A DNA stretch of 64,000 nt from Malacoraja senta (lineage: Eukaryota), in NCBI GenBank assembly GCA_038087875.1, contig CM075991.1, positions 868,001 to 932,000 on the forward strand, read 5' to 3'. This document shows, one piece after another, positions 9,131 to 19,929 of the stretch. Made by a program: the position numbers and the translations under genes. The stretch's first letter is position 1, and each line of letters opens with the position of its first letter. The notes below the pieces were generated by a model. The model was given only the letters and a program-made list of their open reading frames with translations. It was not told the origin of the DNA and ran no database searches.

Positions 9131-10813
9131 GTCAGTCGGCAGAGCTTTGGATCGGTGACGTTTCGGGGCAGGACCCTTGTTCAAACTTTGTATCAGTCTG
9201 AAGTTGGGTCCCAACCCGAAACGCCACCGATCCACGTTGAAACCTGCTGATGAAACTGGCGAGTAGCGGCGTCACACACCCCGGCAACAGGAGAGGGTGG
9301 TCGCCGAGTCTGGCCCTCGCTCGTCCCCGGAGGCTGATTAGAGGGATTCGCCCACGGACGTTGGACAAGAGATGGTAGGAAGGAATTGGGGTCTGACCTG
9401 CACCCTCAAGAGAAGGGATGGGAGGGGAGAGGGGGGAGGGGGAGGGTAATGGAGGGGGACTACTGCCATGTGGGGGGCAGGTAGTAGATAGGATTGTTCG
9501 GTACTTCTGTAACTTTGTCGGTGCCAACATGTGGCGACACTTGTGCATTGCACACTTCTTGTCGAGTCCACACACAAGATTAGTTGTTTCCTCTTTCCTT
9601 GACCCCAGCTTGCACACAAAACAAAGTATTTCACCAGCCACGTACCTGTGACACTAAAGTATATTTCATTCATAAATGCTGAAACAAGGAACTGCAGAGG
9701 CTGGTTTGCAAAAGAACATACAGAGTGCTGGAGTACCTCAGCGGGTCAGGCAGCATTTCTGGAGTAGGTAGATAGGTGACGTTTCAGGCAGGAACCCTTC
9801 TTCACACTTTGGGGGGGGTGGGGGGGGGAGGTGGAAGATAGAAGAGAGGAGGATCAAGTGATAGGTTGATGGGTGAAAATGGATGGTTGGACAAAGGCCA
9901 GAGATGCAAAGACAGAAGGTGTGAGACAAGAGGATTGAAGAGTTGTGAATTGTGAAGCTAGAGAAAGGAATGTAGGTGGAAGGGGAGGGGAAGGTAGAGT
10001 TGCTGCCTTACAGCGCTTGCAGCGCCGGAGACCCGGGTGCTGTCTGTATGGAGTTTGCACGTTGTCCCGTGACTGCGTGGGTTTTCTCCGAGATCTTCGG
10101 TTTCCTCCCCCACTCCAAAGACGTACAGGTTTGTAGGTTAATTGGCTTGGTAAAAATGTATATTGTCCCTAGTGTGTGTAGGATAGTGTTAGTGTGAGGA
10201 GATCGCTGGTCAGCGTGGACTTGGTGGGCCGAAGGGCCTGTATCTCCAAAACTAAAACTAAATTAGATAATTATTTATTCCTCAGAGATTGGAGTCAAGA
10301 CGACAAAAGGGACTGTAGGTGCTGGAGTCTAGGATGAAAAACAGTACTCATTGGGTCAAGCAGCATCTGTGGAGGCAAAGATTGCAGGTGGACACGCGGG
10401 GTGGATCGAAGGTCCGTCGGTCACTGGGACCGGGAGCCCGGTACAGTCCCAGAATTAAAGGACGTTCCTTTCGGGAGGAGATGTGGAGGAATTTCTTTAG
10501 TCACAGGGTGATGAATCTTTTCTATACCAGGGTGTCCAGAACTGAACACACTACTCTTAATGTGGCCTCACAATACTCTTTAGTCAGAGGGTGGTGAATC
10601 TGTGGAATTCCTTGCCACGGAAGCCTGTGGAGGCCAAGTCAGTGGATATATATTAAGGCAGAGATTGCTAGATTCTTGATTAGTACGGGTCATTAGTCGG
10701 GTTACGGGGAGAGAGCAGGAGAATGGGGTTAGGAAGGAGAGATCGATCAGCCATGAATGAATGGCAGAGTAGACTTGATGGGCCTAATTCTACTCCTATC
10801 ACTTATGACCTTA

Positions 10814-11498
10814 AAGGGCCTGTCCCACTTCGGCGACTTTTTAGGCGAGTGCAGGAGACTCTGCGCTCGCCACACGTTCGCTGGTGGTCTCTGGTGAGTC
10901 TCCTTCATGGTCGCGAGGAGTTTCCACATTCTGGGAACTGGTCGCCGCCTCAGTATGGTCGGCGTAAGATTTTCAACGTTGAAAAAATGTCTGCGACCAA
11001 ACATTGGTCGCCATGGAGAAAATCGATAATCCTGTAGTCGTAGGTGGAGTTGTAGTGGGTTCGCCATGTAGTTATGGACAGTCGAGGTAGCCGTAGGTAG
11101 TTTTAGTTAATCGCTTTTGCTGACTGGACATTTTCATTGGCTCATTGGGGGAAAAAAAACGTAAGCACGAGTTTTCAGAACCAAGGATAACCGACCGGTA
11201 ATGTTAAATGTCCGCCAAACTTCACAGCTGTGTGTCTCTGGCTTATTAAAAGTTGTCTGGCTTCTTAAAGGTGTCTCCACTCCTTCTCCCCCCTTCTCCC
11301 CCCCCCCCTTTCTTCCCCCTTTCCTCCCCCTTCCCCCCCCCTACCCCCCCTTCTCATCTCACCCCCCCTTTTAAAGGAGTTACCGTACACTGTGCTAGCT
11401 GTCTTAACCTTCCTGTTCATCGTGGTGTGTGTCTCACCTTGGCTTTGCACCGTGTGAATTTCACACAGCGCTCCCCCCCCCCCCCGTTTTTTTTTTTT

Positions 11499-11550
<52 letters not shown>

Positions 11551-11669
11551 TACGTGTGTGTGTGTCCCCGTCCGTCCGTGTCCCCTGGTGTCGGTCCCAG
11601 TCCCAGTCCCAGGTCACTCACGTCAGTCAGTCAGTCCTCTGAAAAATCGCCTAAGTGGGACAGGCCCTT
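10814..11669. mobile_element. Non-autonomous DNA transposon (PIF/Harbinger-type MITE)
   Basis: Terminal inverted repeats aagggcctgtcccactt ... aagtgggacaggccctt in TTA/TAA context; no transposase ORF; related copy at ~43294-43716. Confidence 0.75.
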
Positions 11670-11681
11670 TAGATAGAGCTC

Positions 11682-14151
11682 ATATAGAGCTATATCACTT
11701 TTAAATACAGATCCGAAAACTTTAGCAAAGACCTTAGCAAGAAGATTGAGTAAATATATTAGTAAATTGATAAATCCAGATCAAACGGGGTTTATACCCA
11801 AAAGACATTCATTTAATAATTTGAGACGCCTGTTTAATATAATGTACTCACATAAAACGGAGGAAGAAGATATATCAATTGTTTCTCTGGACGCAGAGAA
11901 AGCATTTGATCAGGTAGAGTGGCAGTATTTATATAAAGTACTGCAAAAATTTAATATGGGAGAGAATTCTATTGTATGGGTAAAATTATTATATGATAAA
12001 CCGACGGCAAGAATATTAACTAATAACATGTTATCTCCAAAATTTCAATTATCGAGGGGCAATAGGCAGGGATGTGCATTATCACCCCTGCTAGTTGCCC
12101 TTATGATAGAGCCCTTAGCTGAAAGTATAAGAATTCATCCGAATATTCGGGGATATAATAGTAAGGACTCAAATAATAACATTTCATTATACGCAGACAA
12201 TATACTTCTATACATTACAAATTCGCAAACGAGCATACCAAACTTATTAAATTTAATAGAGGAATTCGGTTATTTTCCAGGATACAGAATAAACTGGAAT
12301 AAAAGTTAAAACCTCAGATTGCAACAGAAGAATTTAAGTATTTGGGTGTCCAAATTACTAGAAAATACAATTCATTATTTAATGCTAATTTTACACCCTT
12401 ATTAAATAAATTGAACGCGTTGATTAAATTCTGGAAAACAGTCCCATTGTCATTAATAGGCAGAATAAACGCCATAAAAATGATATTTTTACTACAAATA
12501 TTATACCTATTTCAATCTATACCATTATACATACCAAAAAACGTCTTCAAAAAACTAGACTTTAACATTACCAACTTTATTTGGGACTATAGATCACATA
12601 GAATTCAAAGAAAACACCTGTGTAAACCCAAAGACGCTGGGGGACTTTCACTTCCGAACTTGTTGTATTATTACTGGGCAGTGCATATTAAAAATATAAT
12701 TTATTGGTTGGACAGTCCTACCCAACAGACAGAATGGATAAGAATGGAGAAAGAGGTTTGTTCTCCTTGTAATATAGGAGCGATCCTCTTCTCCCCGATA
12801 AAACTGAACAACACAATATATAAGAATAATCCAATTGTCCACAATACAATAAGAATTTGGAAACAAATAAAATTAACTTTAAAATTAAGAAACCTATCAC
12901 TTAACGCCAATAGTTAATAATCCTTCATTTAAACCATCTCTCAACGATAAAACATATAACCAATGGGAAAGAATGGGAATTAAAAGGATCGGCGATATGT
13001 ATGAAATGGGAAATCTGTTATCATTCCAACAATTACAATTAAAATTTAAGCTGAAAAATAACCAATATTTTAAATACCTTCAGATCAGCGACTTCATGAA
13101 GAAATATATACAAGATATCAAACTTTAACTTTAGATCCACTGGAAGAAGCAATGAATATTAAGGCTGACTCACAGAAATTAATATCATATTTATATAATA
13201 GTATTTTAAACATAGAACTACCATCGACAGAGGCACTTAGAGAAGATTGGGAACGAGAATTATTGATAAAAATCACGAATGAAACATGGGAAAAGCATTT
13301 GATATATATACACAAATGCTCGATTAACGTAAGACATAACCTAATTCAATTCAAAATTCTACATAGATTATATTATTTCAAAACTAGATTGAATAAATTT
13401 AATCCAAATACTTCTCCCATTTGTGATAAATGTTTATCTTAAAATGCCACTATAACACACTCTTTTGTTTCCTGCATAAAACTTCATAAATTTTGGAGCG
13501 ACATCTTTGAAATATTTACAAAATTATTCAAGATAAAAATGGAGCCTAACACTGAAATGATTCTACTTGGAGTAACGGAAGACGGGAACAAACTGAACAC
13601 ATTTCAAAATTCATTTTTTAATTATGGGTTAATAACGGCAAAAAAATGTATACTTAAATGTTGGAAAAATACACCCATACCAACGCTTAAAATGTGGATT
13701 TCAAACATGTTGGAAACCGCACATCTTGAAGAAATGCGATTCCTCCTAATAGATAAATCAGACCAATTCTTAACGAGTTGCTCTCCATTTGTCGTCTTTT
13801 TGGAAGCATATGGTGCAACTTAATTGTAGAAGCTAACTGTTCCAGGACTGGGTGAGGGATGGTCAAGATTATAAATAACTATCTCCTACAATCTCCTACT
13901 CTCTACTTCTTTTTCTCTCTCTTTTTTTTTCTTCCCCTCTTTACCCCCTTTTCCTTTTCACACATCTAGACATCACACGCTTTTCTATTTCTTTATTACC
14001 TATTCTTTCTTTTTCTCTTTTATTGTTAAAGGAAAAATAATAAGAAGCTGTACATAAAATGTAACCTGTCAATATATATTAGGCAGCTTGGCACATTACT
14101 GTACTTACTTCTAATAAAATTAAAATATTTAAAAAAAAGAACAAAAAAAAA
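11682..14151 (+). mobile_element. 5'-truncated, degenerate L1-clade LINE (ORF2 RT and C-terminus)
   Basis: ORFs 11746-13823 contain PDQTGFI, SLDAEKAFD, RGNRQGCALSPLL, YADNIL, YRINWNKS, GGLSLPN and C-terminal CDKC; AATAAA plus A-rich tail; TSD AGATAGAGCTC at 11671-11681 and 14152-14162. Confidence 0.92.
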
Positions 14152-14699
14152 AGATAGAGCTCTTAGTGATAGCGGAATCAAGGGATATGGGAAGAAGGCG
14201 GGCACGGGTTACTGATTGTGGATGATCAGCCATGATCACATTGAATGGTGGTGCTGGCTCGAAGGGCTGAATGGCCTACTCCTGCACCTGTTGTCTACGT
14301 ATGTATGTATGTATGTATGAACTTGTGAACTTGTGAAGGTCTCAAGGCCCTCTAGTTCTACCGCAGACCTGGGTTCGATCCTGACTACGGGGGCTACGGG
14401 GGATGGAGTTTGTACATTCTCCCTGTGACCGTGTGGGCTTTTTCCGGGATCTCCGGTTTCCCCCCCACACTCCAAAGACACGTTGAATTGGCTTCAATAA
14501 ATTTCTAAGTTGTCCCCAATGTGTGTAAGGACAGTGCGGGTGTACGGGGTGATCATTGGTCAGCATGGACTCAGTGAGCTGAAGGACACGTTTCCTTGTT
14601 GTGTCTTTAACGTCTAAGATCCTACTACATCATTCATTCATTCATAGCTGATCTACCTTTCCCTCTGAACCCCATTCTCCTGCCTTCTCCTAATAATCT

Positions 14700-15242
14700 T
14701 TGTGAGCAAATTTGGGCCCCATATCTGAGGAAGGATGTGCTGGCTCTGGAGAGGGTCCAGAGGAGGTTTTCAAGAAAGATTCCTGGAATGAGTGGGTTAA
14801 CATATGATGAGCGTTTGACGGCACTGGGCCTGTACTCACTGGAGTTTAGAAGGTTCAGGGGGGACCTCATTGAAACTTACAGAATAATGAAAGGCATAGA
14901 GTGGATGTGGAGAGGATGTTTCCACTGGTGGGAGAGTCTAGGAACAGAGAACACAGCTTCAGAATTAAACGGCGCTCTTTTAGAAAAGAGGTGAGGAGGA
15001 ACTTCTTTAGTCAGAGGGTAGTTAATCTGTGGAACTCATTGCCACAGAAGGCTGTGGAGGCCAAGTCAGTGGATATTTTTAAGGCAGAGATTGACAAATT
15101 CTTGATTAGAACAGGTGTCAAGGGTTTTGGGGAGAAGGCAGGAAAATGGGGTTAGGAGGCAGAGATCAGCCATGATTGAATGGCGCAGTAGACTCGATGG
15201 GCCGAATGGCCTAATTCTCATCCTATAACTTGTGTACTTGTG
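14700..15242 (+). mobile_element. CR1 LINE 3' fragment
   Basis: LERVQRRF...GLYSLEFRRFRGDLIETY...FFSQRVVNLWNSLP in two frames; typical CR1 3'UTR. Confidence 0.88.
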
Positions 15243-15610
15243 ACTCCTTTACTAATCAAGAAGTTATCAGTCTCCACTTTAAAAATGCCCCGATGGGCGT
15301 GGGTGATGTTGGCTGGCTGGTGGGTTGGGGCGGGTTGTGGTTGAGGGTTTGCTGAGTGACCAGGGGGAACGGACGAATGAACAGCTTGGGCCACGCACGG
15401 GCACCGCCCCGCTCGCTCACTCGCACGCTCCGCTACCCACGCTCGCTCCCACTTTTAACGTGATGGGATCCCGAATCGTCTTTAACGCTCCGAACACGAT
15501 GCCGCTGGGCTCATAAGAGCGCGAGCACTCCCTGATGAAAGGAATCCCTCCTCATCTCCGTCCTAAAGGATTCAGCACCCTCTGACTAAAACAATCCCTC
15601 CTCTTATTCC

Positions 15611-16195
15611 TGTGGACATGCAGGGATTTGGGTACTTTGGGAAATGGCAGGTGTCTGTGACAGACTGGGCCTCACTGATGGTGACAACACCTTGCAAGGA
15701 GCTGGAGACCCATGTGACCTCGCTGTCGCAAGCAAGTCTGGACCACTGAAGAAGCTCCAGGAAGCTTCTGCCCATGTGACCCACCTGTCACCACCAAGTC
15801 TGGGTTCCTCAAGAGGTTTCTGTTATGTTTCAATATGCTGCCGCTTGTTCCGTGTTGGTGGTCGGTCTAGAGAGGTTACCTCACTGAATATGTTTTTTAC
15901 TTTGTTTCTGTGTACTGAATAGGTGCCGTGATTGGTTTGTAGGGGTTATCTCCCCCTGTACTTTCAGGCCATTAGTTTTCCCGCCACTGTAGAGGGGTAT
16001 ATAAGGGCGATAGTTTCGTTGGGGCGTGTCGGTTGTCTTCTGTTCTGTTTACGCAAGGCTGCTGAGGGCTTGAGTGAGTGGGTCTGAGGCCGGCCTCGCG
16101 GTGCTGTATACAAATAAAGAAGGGTTTGGACTCCAGTTTTCGACAGTGGATTACTGAACCAGACTAGGGAGAGAGTATTAGATCCGGAATCAACA
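15611..16195 (+). mobile_element. Solo LTR (TG...CA) with 4-bp TSD
   Basis: Begins TGTGG and ends CAACA; flanked by TTCC at 15607-15610 and 16196-16199; TATATAA 15998-16004 and AATAAA 16113-16118; interrupts a CR1 tail (ttattcc|gaggctgtg). Confidence 0.72.
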
Positions 16196-17006
16196 TTCCG
16201 AGGCTGTGTCCTCTAGTCCTACACTCTCCAACTAGTGGAAACATCCTGTCCACACCCACTCTATCCAAAAAAATCCCATCTACCTCATTGGAGACCTTTG
16301 AAATATCTTTAACCAGACATTATCTTGCACTAAATGTTGTACTCTTTGTCGTTTATCTGCACACTGTGGACAGCTTGATTGTAATCATGTGTAGGAAGGA
16401 ACTGCAGATGCTGGTTTAAACCAAAGTTAATTTTCCGTATTTCATATGGAAATACAAATTCGCTTTGTTAAATAAAGATTTTTTTTTTAAACATTCGCCA
16501 TATGGATTTTTTTACAAAACGAACATGGATAACAACCACTGTGGATAACAAACGATGTGTTAACTACAAACGATGTGTTAACAGCGAGTAGTTAACAAGT
16601 AGTTATACAATGGGTCATCAATGCATCGATCCACATTCCTCAGTTGTGTTTTGACTCGCTGCCGCCGGAGCGGCCGAGACTCTGGTCTGGACTGGGGGGG
16701 GGGGGGGAGAGGAGAGGAAGGGGAGGGGGGGGGCAGGGGGGCAGGCGGGCGAGAAAGGGTCAGATTTGTATAGAATTGGCGGCGTACCGGCCCACTCTTG
16801 GTCGGGGGGGATAGAGTTAAAAGACCTGAAGCAGAAACGAAAGACAACAGGCTGGATAAGTGCGAGAGGGAGACAATCTGTGGATAAACAGATCTGGGGG
16901 TTGTGTTAACTCGTTCGGTGCTGGTACAACAGCAGGCCAGGTTGGAGGTTTGAGTCTGTGTTAACATTGGTGTCGGGGTTAATGGGGTACAGGTGGGATT
17001 TAACCC

Positions 17007-17196
17007 TGTGTGTGTGTGTGTGTGTGTGTGTGTCTGTCTGTGTCTGTGTGTGTCTGTGTGTGTGTGTGTGTCTGTCTGTCTGTGTGTGTATGTGTGTGTC
17101 TGTGTGTGTGTGTGTGTGACTCTGTGTCTGCGTATGTCTCTGTGTTTCTGTGTCTGTGTGTCTCTGTGACTGTGTGTGTGTGTGTGTGTGTGTGTG
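17007..17196. repeat. (TG)n / (TGTC)n microsatellite (continues 17797-17882)
   Basis: Direct inspection. Confidence 0.95.
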
Positions 17197-17796
17197 TTTT
17201 TAAAAAAAAATATTTGTATTTTATTAGAAGTACACTAATGTGGCACCAAGCTGCCTAATATATATTGACAGGTTACATTTTATGTACAGCTTCTTATTTT
17301 TTTTTAATAATGAAAGAGAGAAAGAGAGAATAGATAATAAAAGATAGAAAAACGTGTGATATATGGTGTGTGAAAAGGAAAAAGGGGGGAAAGAGGGAAA
17401 GTGAAGAAAAGAAAAGGAGAGAGAAAAAGAAAGAGTAGAGAGTAGGAAATTAAGGAGATCGTTATTTATATTCTTGACCATCCTTCACCTAGTCCTGAAA
17501 GTTGGTTTCTACGATTTTGTTGCACCATATGCTTCCAAAAAGTTGATAAACTCGTTAAGAATTGGTCTGATTTATCTATTAGGAGGAATCGCATTTCTTC
17601 AAGATGTGCGGTTTCCAACATGTTTGAAATCCACATTTTAAGCGTTGGTATGGGTGTATTTTTCCAACATTTAAGTATATGTCTTTTTGCCGTTATTAAC
17701 CCATAATTTAAAAATAAATTTTGAAATGTGTTCAGTTTGTTCCCGTCTTCCGTTACTCCAAGTAGAATCATTTCAGTTCTAGGCTCCATTTTTATC
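17197..17796 (-). mobile_element. 3' end of the same L1-clade family, inserted in a TG microsatellite
   Basis: ORF 17466-17789(-) MEPRTEMILLGVTEDGNKLNTFQN... is near-identical to 13539-13823; same 3'UTR and A-tail. Confidence 0.9.
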
Positions 17797-18044
17797 GTGT
17801 GTGTTGTGTTTCTGTGTCTCTGTGGCTGTGTGTGTATGTCTCTATCTGCGTGTGTGTCTGGGTGTGTCTCTGTGTGTGTGTGGGGGGGGGGGACAGTGGA
17901 GAGACACGTTTTCAGTTAAGAGTTTGACACGAATACTGTCAATACGAGCAGCACACGGAGCAGAGTCAGAATGAGAAACACTGCTCGGCTCTCACACACA
18001 CACACTCATGGAGTGACCTGTAGATATAAACGTGGCTGGGGGTA

Positions 18045-18432
18045 GTGGGGGGGGAGAGAGGGAGAGGGAGAGGGAGAGCGAGAGGGAGAGAGAGAGAGAA
18101 TTGGAGAGAGAGAAGAGAGAGGAAGGGAGAGAGAGGGAGAGAGAGAGAGTGGGGTGAGAGGGAGAGGGAGAGGAGAGAGAGAGAGAGAGAATTGGAGAGA
18201 GAGAAGAGAGAAGAAGGGAGAGAGAGAGAGTGGGGGGAGAGGGAGAGGGAGGAAATTGAAGAGAGAAGAGAGAGGAAGGGGGACAGGGAGAGAGGGGGGA
18301 GTGAGAATTGGAGAGAGAAGGGGAGAGAGAAGGGGAGAGAGAGAGGCGGGGAGAGAGAGAGGGAGAAGAGAGAGAGAGAGAGAGGAAGGGGATATGGAGA
18401 GAGAGAGGGGAGAGCGAGAGAGGGTGGGGGGG

Positions 18433-18481
<49 letters not shown>

Positions 18482-18532
18482 AGAGAGAGAGAGAGGGGGA
18501 GAGGAGAGAGAGAGAGAGAATTGGAGAGAGAG
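18045..18532. repeat. ~490-bp GA-rich polypurine/polypyrimidine tract
   Basis: Almost exclusively G/A on +, with periodic gagaattggagaga anchors. Confidence 0.95.
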
Positions 18533-19929
18533 TTCTCCCTTCTGTCTCACCACCACTGTTGGCTGCCCTTTGTGAGGTGATTGGAGACCAAAACCAGTTA
18601 CCCTTTAGATCTCCCTCCCCCTCCCTCTCCCTCCTTCTTTAGAGAGGGGGGGAGGATGAGGGAAGGAAGGGGGGAGGATGAGGGAAGGAAGGGGGGAGAG
18701 GGCGGAGGGGAGAGAGGAGTGTGCCTTGCTTGGTGGAGAAGAGGGATGTGGGAATGCTGTACGCAGGTGGTGACTGTGGCGGCGGCTGTGCTGATCGCGG
18801 TGCTGTAGCGGTGGCTGTGGCAGCAGCCGTGCCGAACACGTGCCTCACTGGCGGAGGCTGTGGCGGTGCAAGTTCAACGCACGGCGCTCGAGCCACACTG
18901 GCGGCGGCTGTGGTGGCGACCGTGCCGCACTCGTGCCTCACTGGCGGACGCTGTGCGGTAGGGACATATTTTTGAACAGTTGGTTTTATTTTAGCACCGT
19001 CGCACGGCCCCGGAATTGTGCGTTTGACCGAGTGCGCAGTCTATGGCGGCCCAGGAACGGTAGATTCTTCCTGTTTCGCCACCAATGACCGCAGACTCGT
19101 GAGACAGGCCTTTAACTGCTGCGATAGTCACAAACGTGACCGAACAGCAACTGCTATTAAAAAAATGCCAGCTCCATTTTTAACTACCTTAATCCTTTAA
19201 TATGTGTAATATATAACTATATGCTGATACCAGCATATGCTGCCTCAGCAGCATTTCTATGTTAAATTTATAGACACTATGGCAGACTGTAATGCTGATA
19301 CCAGCATATGCTGCTTCAGCAGCATTTCTATGTTTAATAATTTATTTAGGCGCTATGGCAGCCGTTCGCTGCCCTGGCTAACACGGGTCGCTGTAAACTT
19401 AGCAGTGATACGAAACGTAGCCGCTGTACTAATACACTGTCTGCTGCTATTTTTAGCAGCGAGCTCCCAAGCCGTACCGGCAGCCCCAACTCCTAATGGA
19501 GTTCCACACTGGCTAAAATCTGTGGCCGGCAATAATGAAACCGAGCTCCTCTGGAGCTTCCACGGCGGCCTCCGATAAATCGGCCACCTGCTCCCGTACG
19601 GAGCTCCAATGGTGACACCCGCCGCTAGTGAGTCATGTGTGCGGCATGGCCGCCGCCACAGCCACCGCTACAGCGCCGCGATCAGCACGGCCGCCGCCAC
19701 AGCCCCGCAGATCCAAAATGACCTCATCCCAGTCGGCCCGCCCTTTTTTTTTACTTACCGCAAGCTCGTGGGACCAGCCGTACTTAAATCACTCGGCCCC
19801 CGCGCAGCACCTGTGCGGTGCTCCCGTGGCATAGGCTCGGCGCTCTCGCCGTTGCCGTGCGGTCCCCTCTACAGGCGAAGCCGCGCTTCACCGCCGATGA
19901 CCGCAACACCATGAGACAGAGCCTTTAGG

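Noticed and set aside
11253..11704. ORFs with CVRA/THAR repeats
   Set aside because: (GCGT)n and (GT)n microsatellite inside a MITE.
16425..17003. GTTAAC-rich stretch with short direct repeats
   Set aside because: Probably part of an unclassified repeat; no boundaries, TSD or function could be supported.
17966..18580. Long ER-rich and SL-rich ORFs
   Set aside because: Translations of the GA tract.
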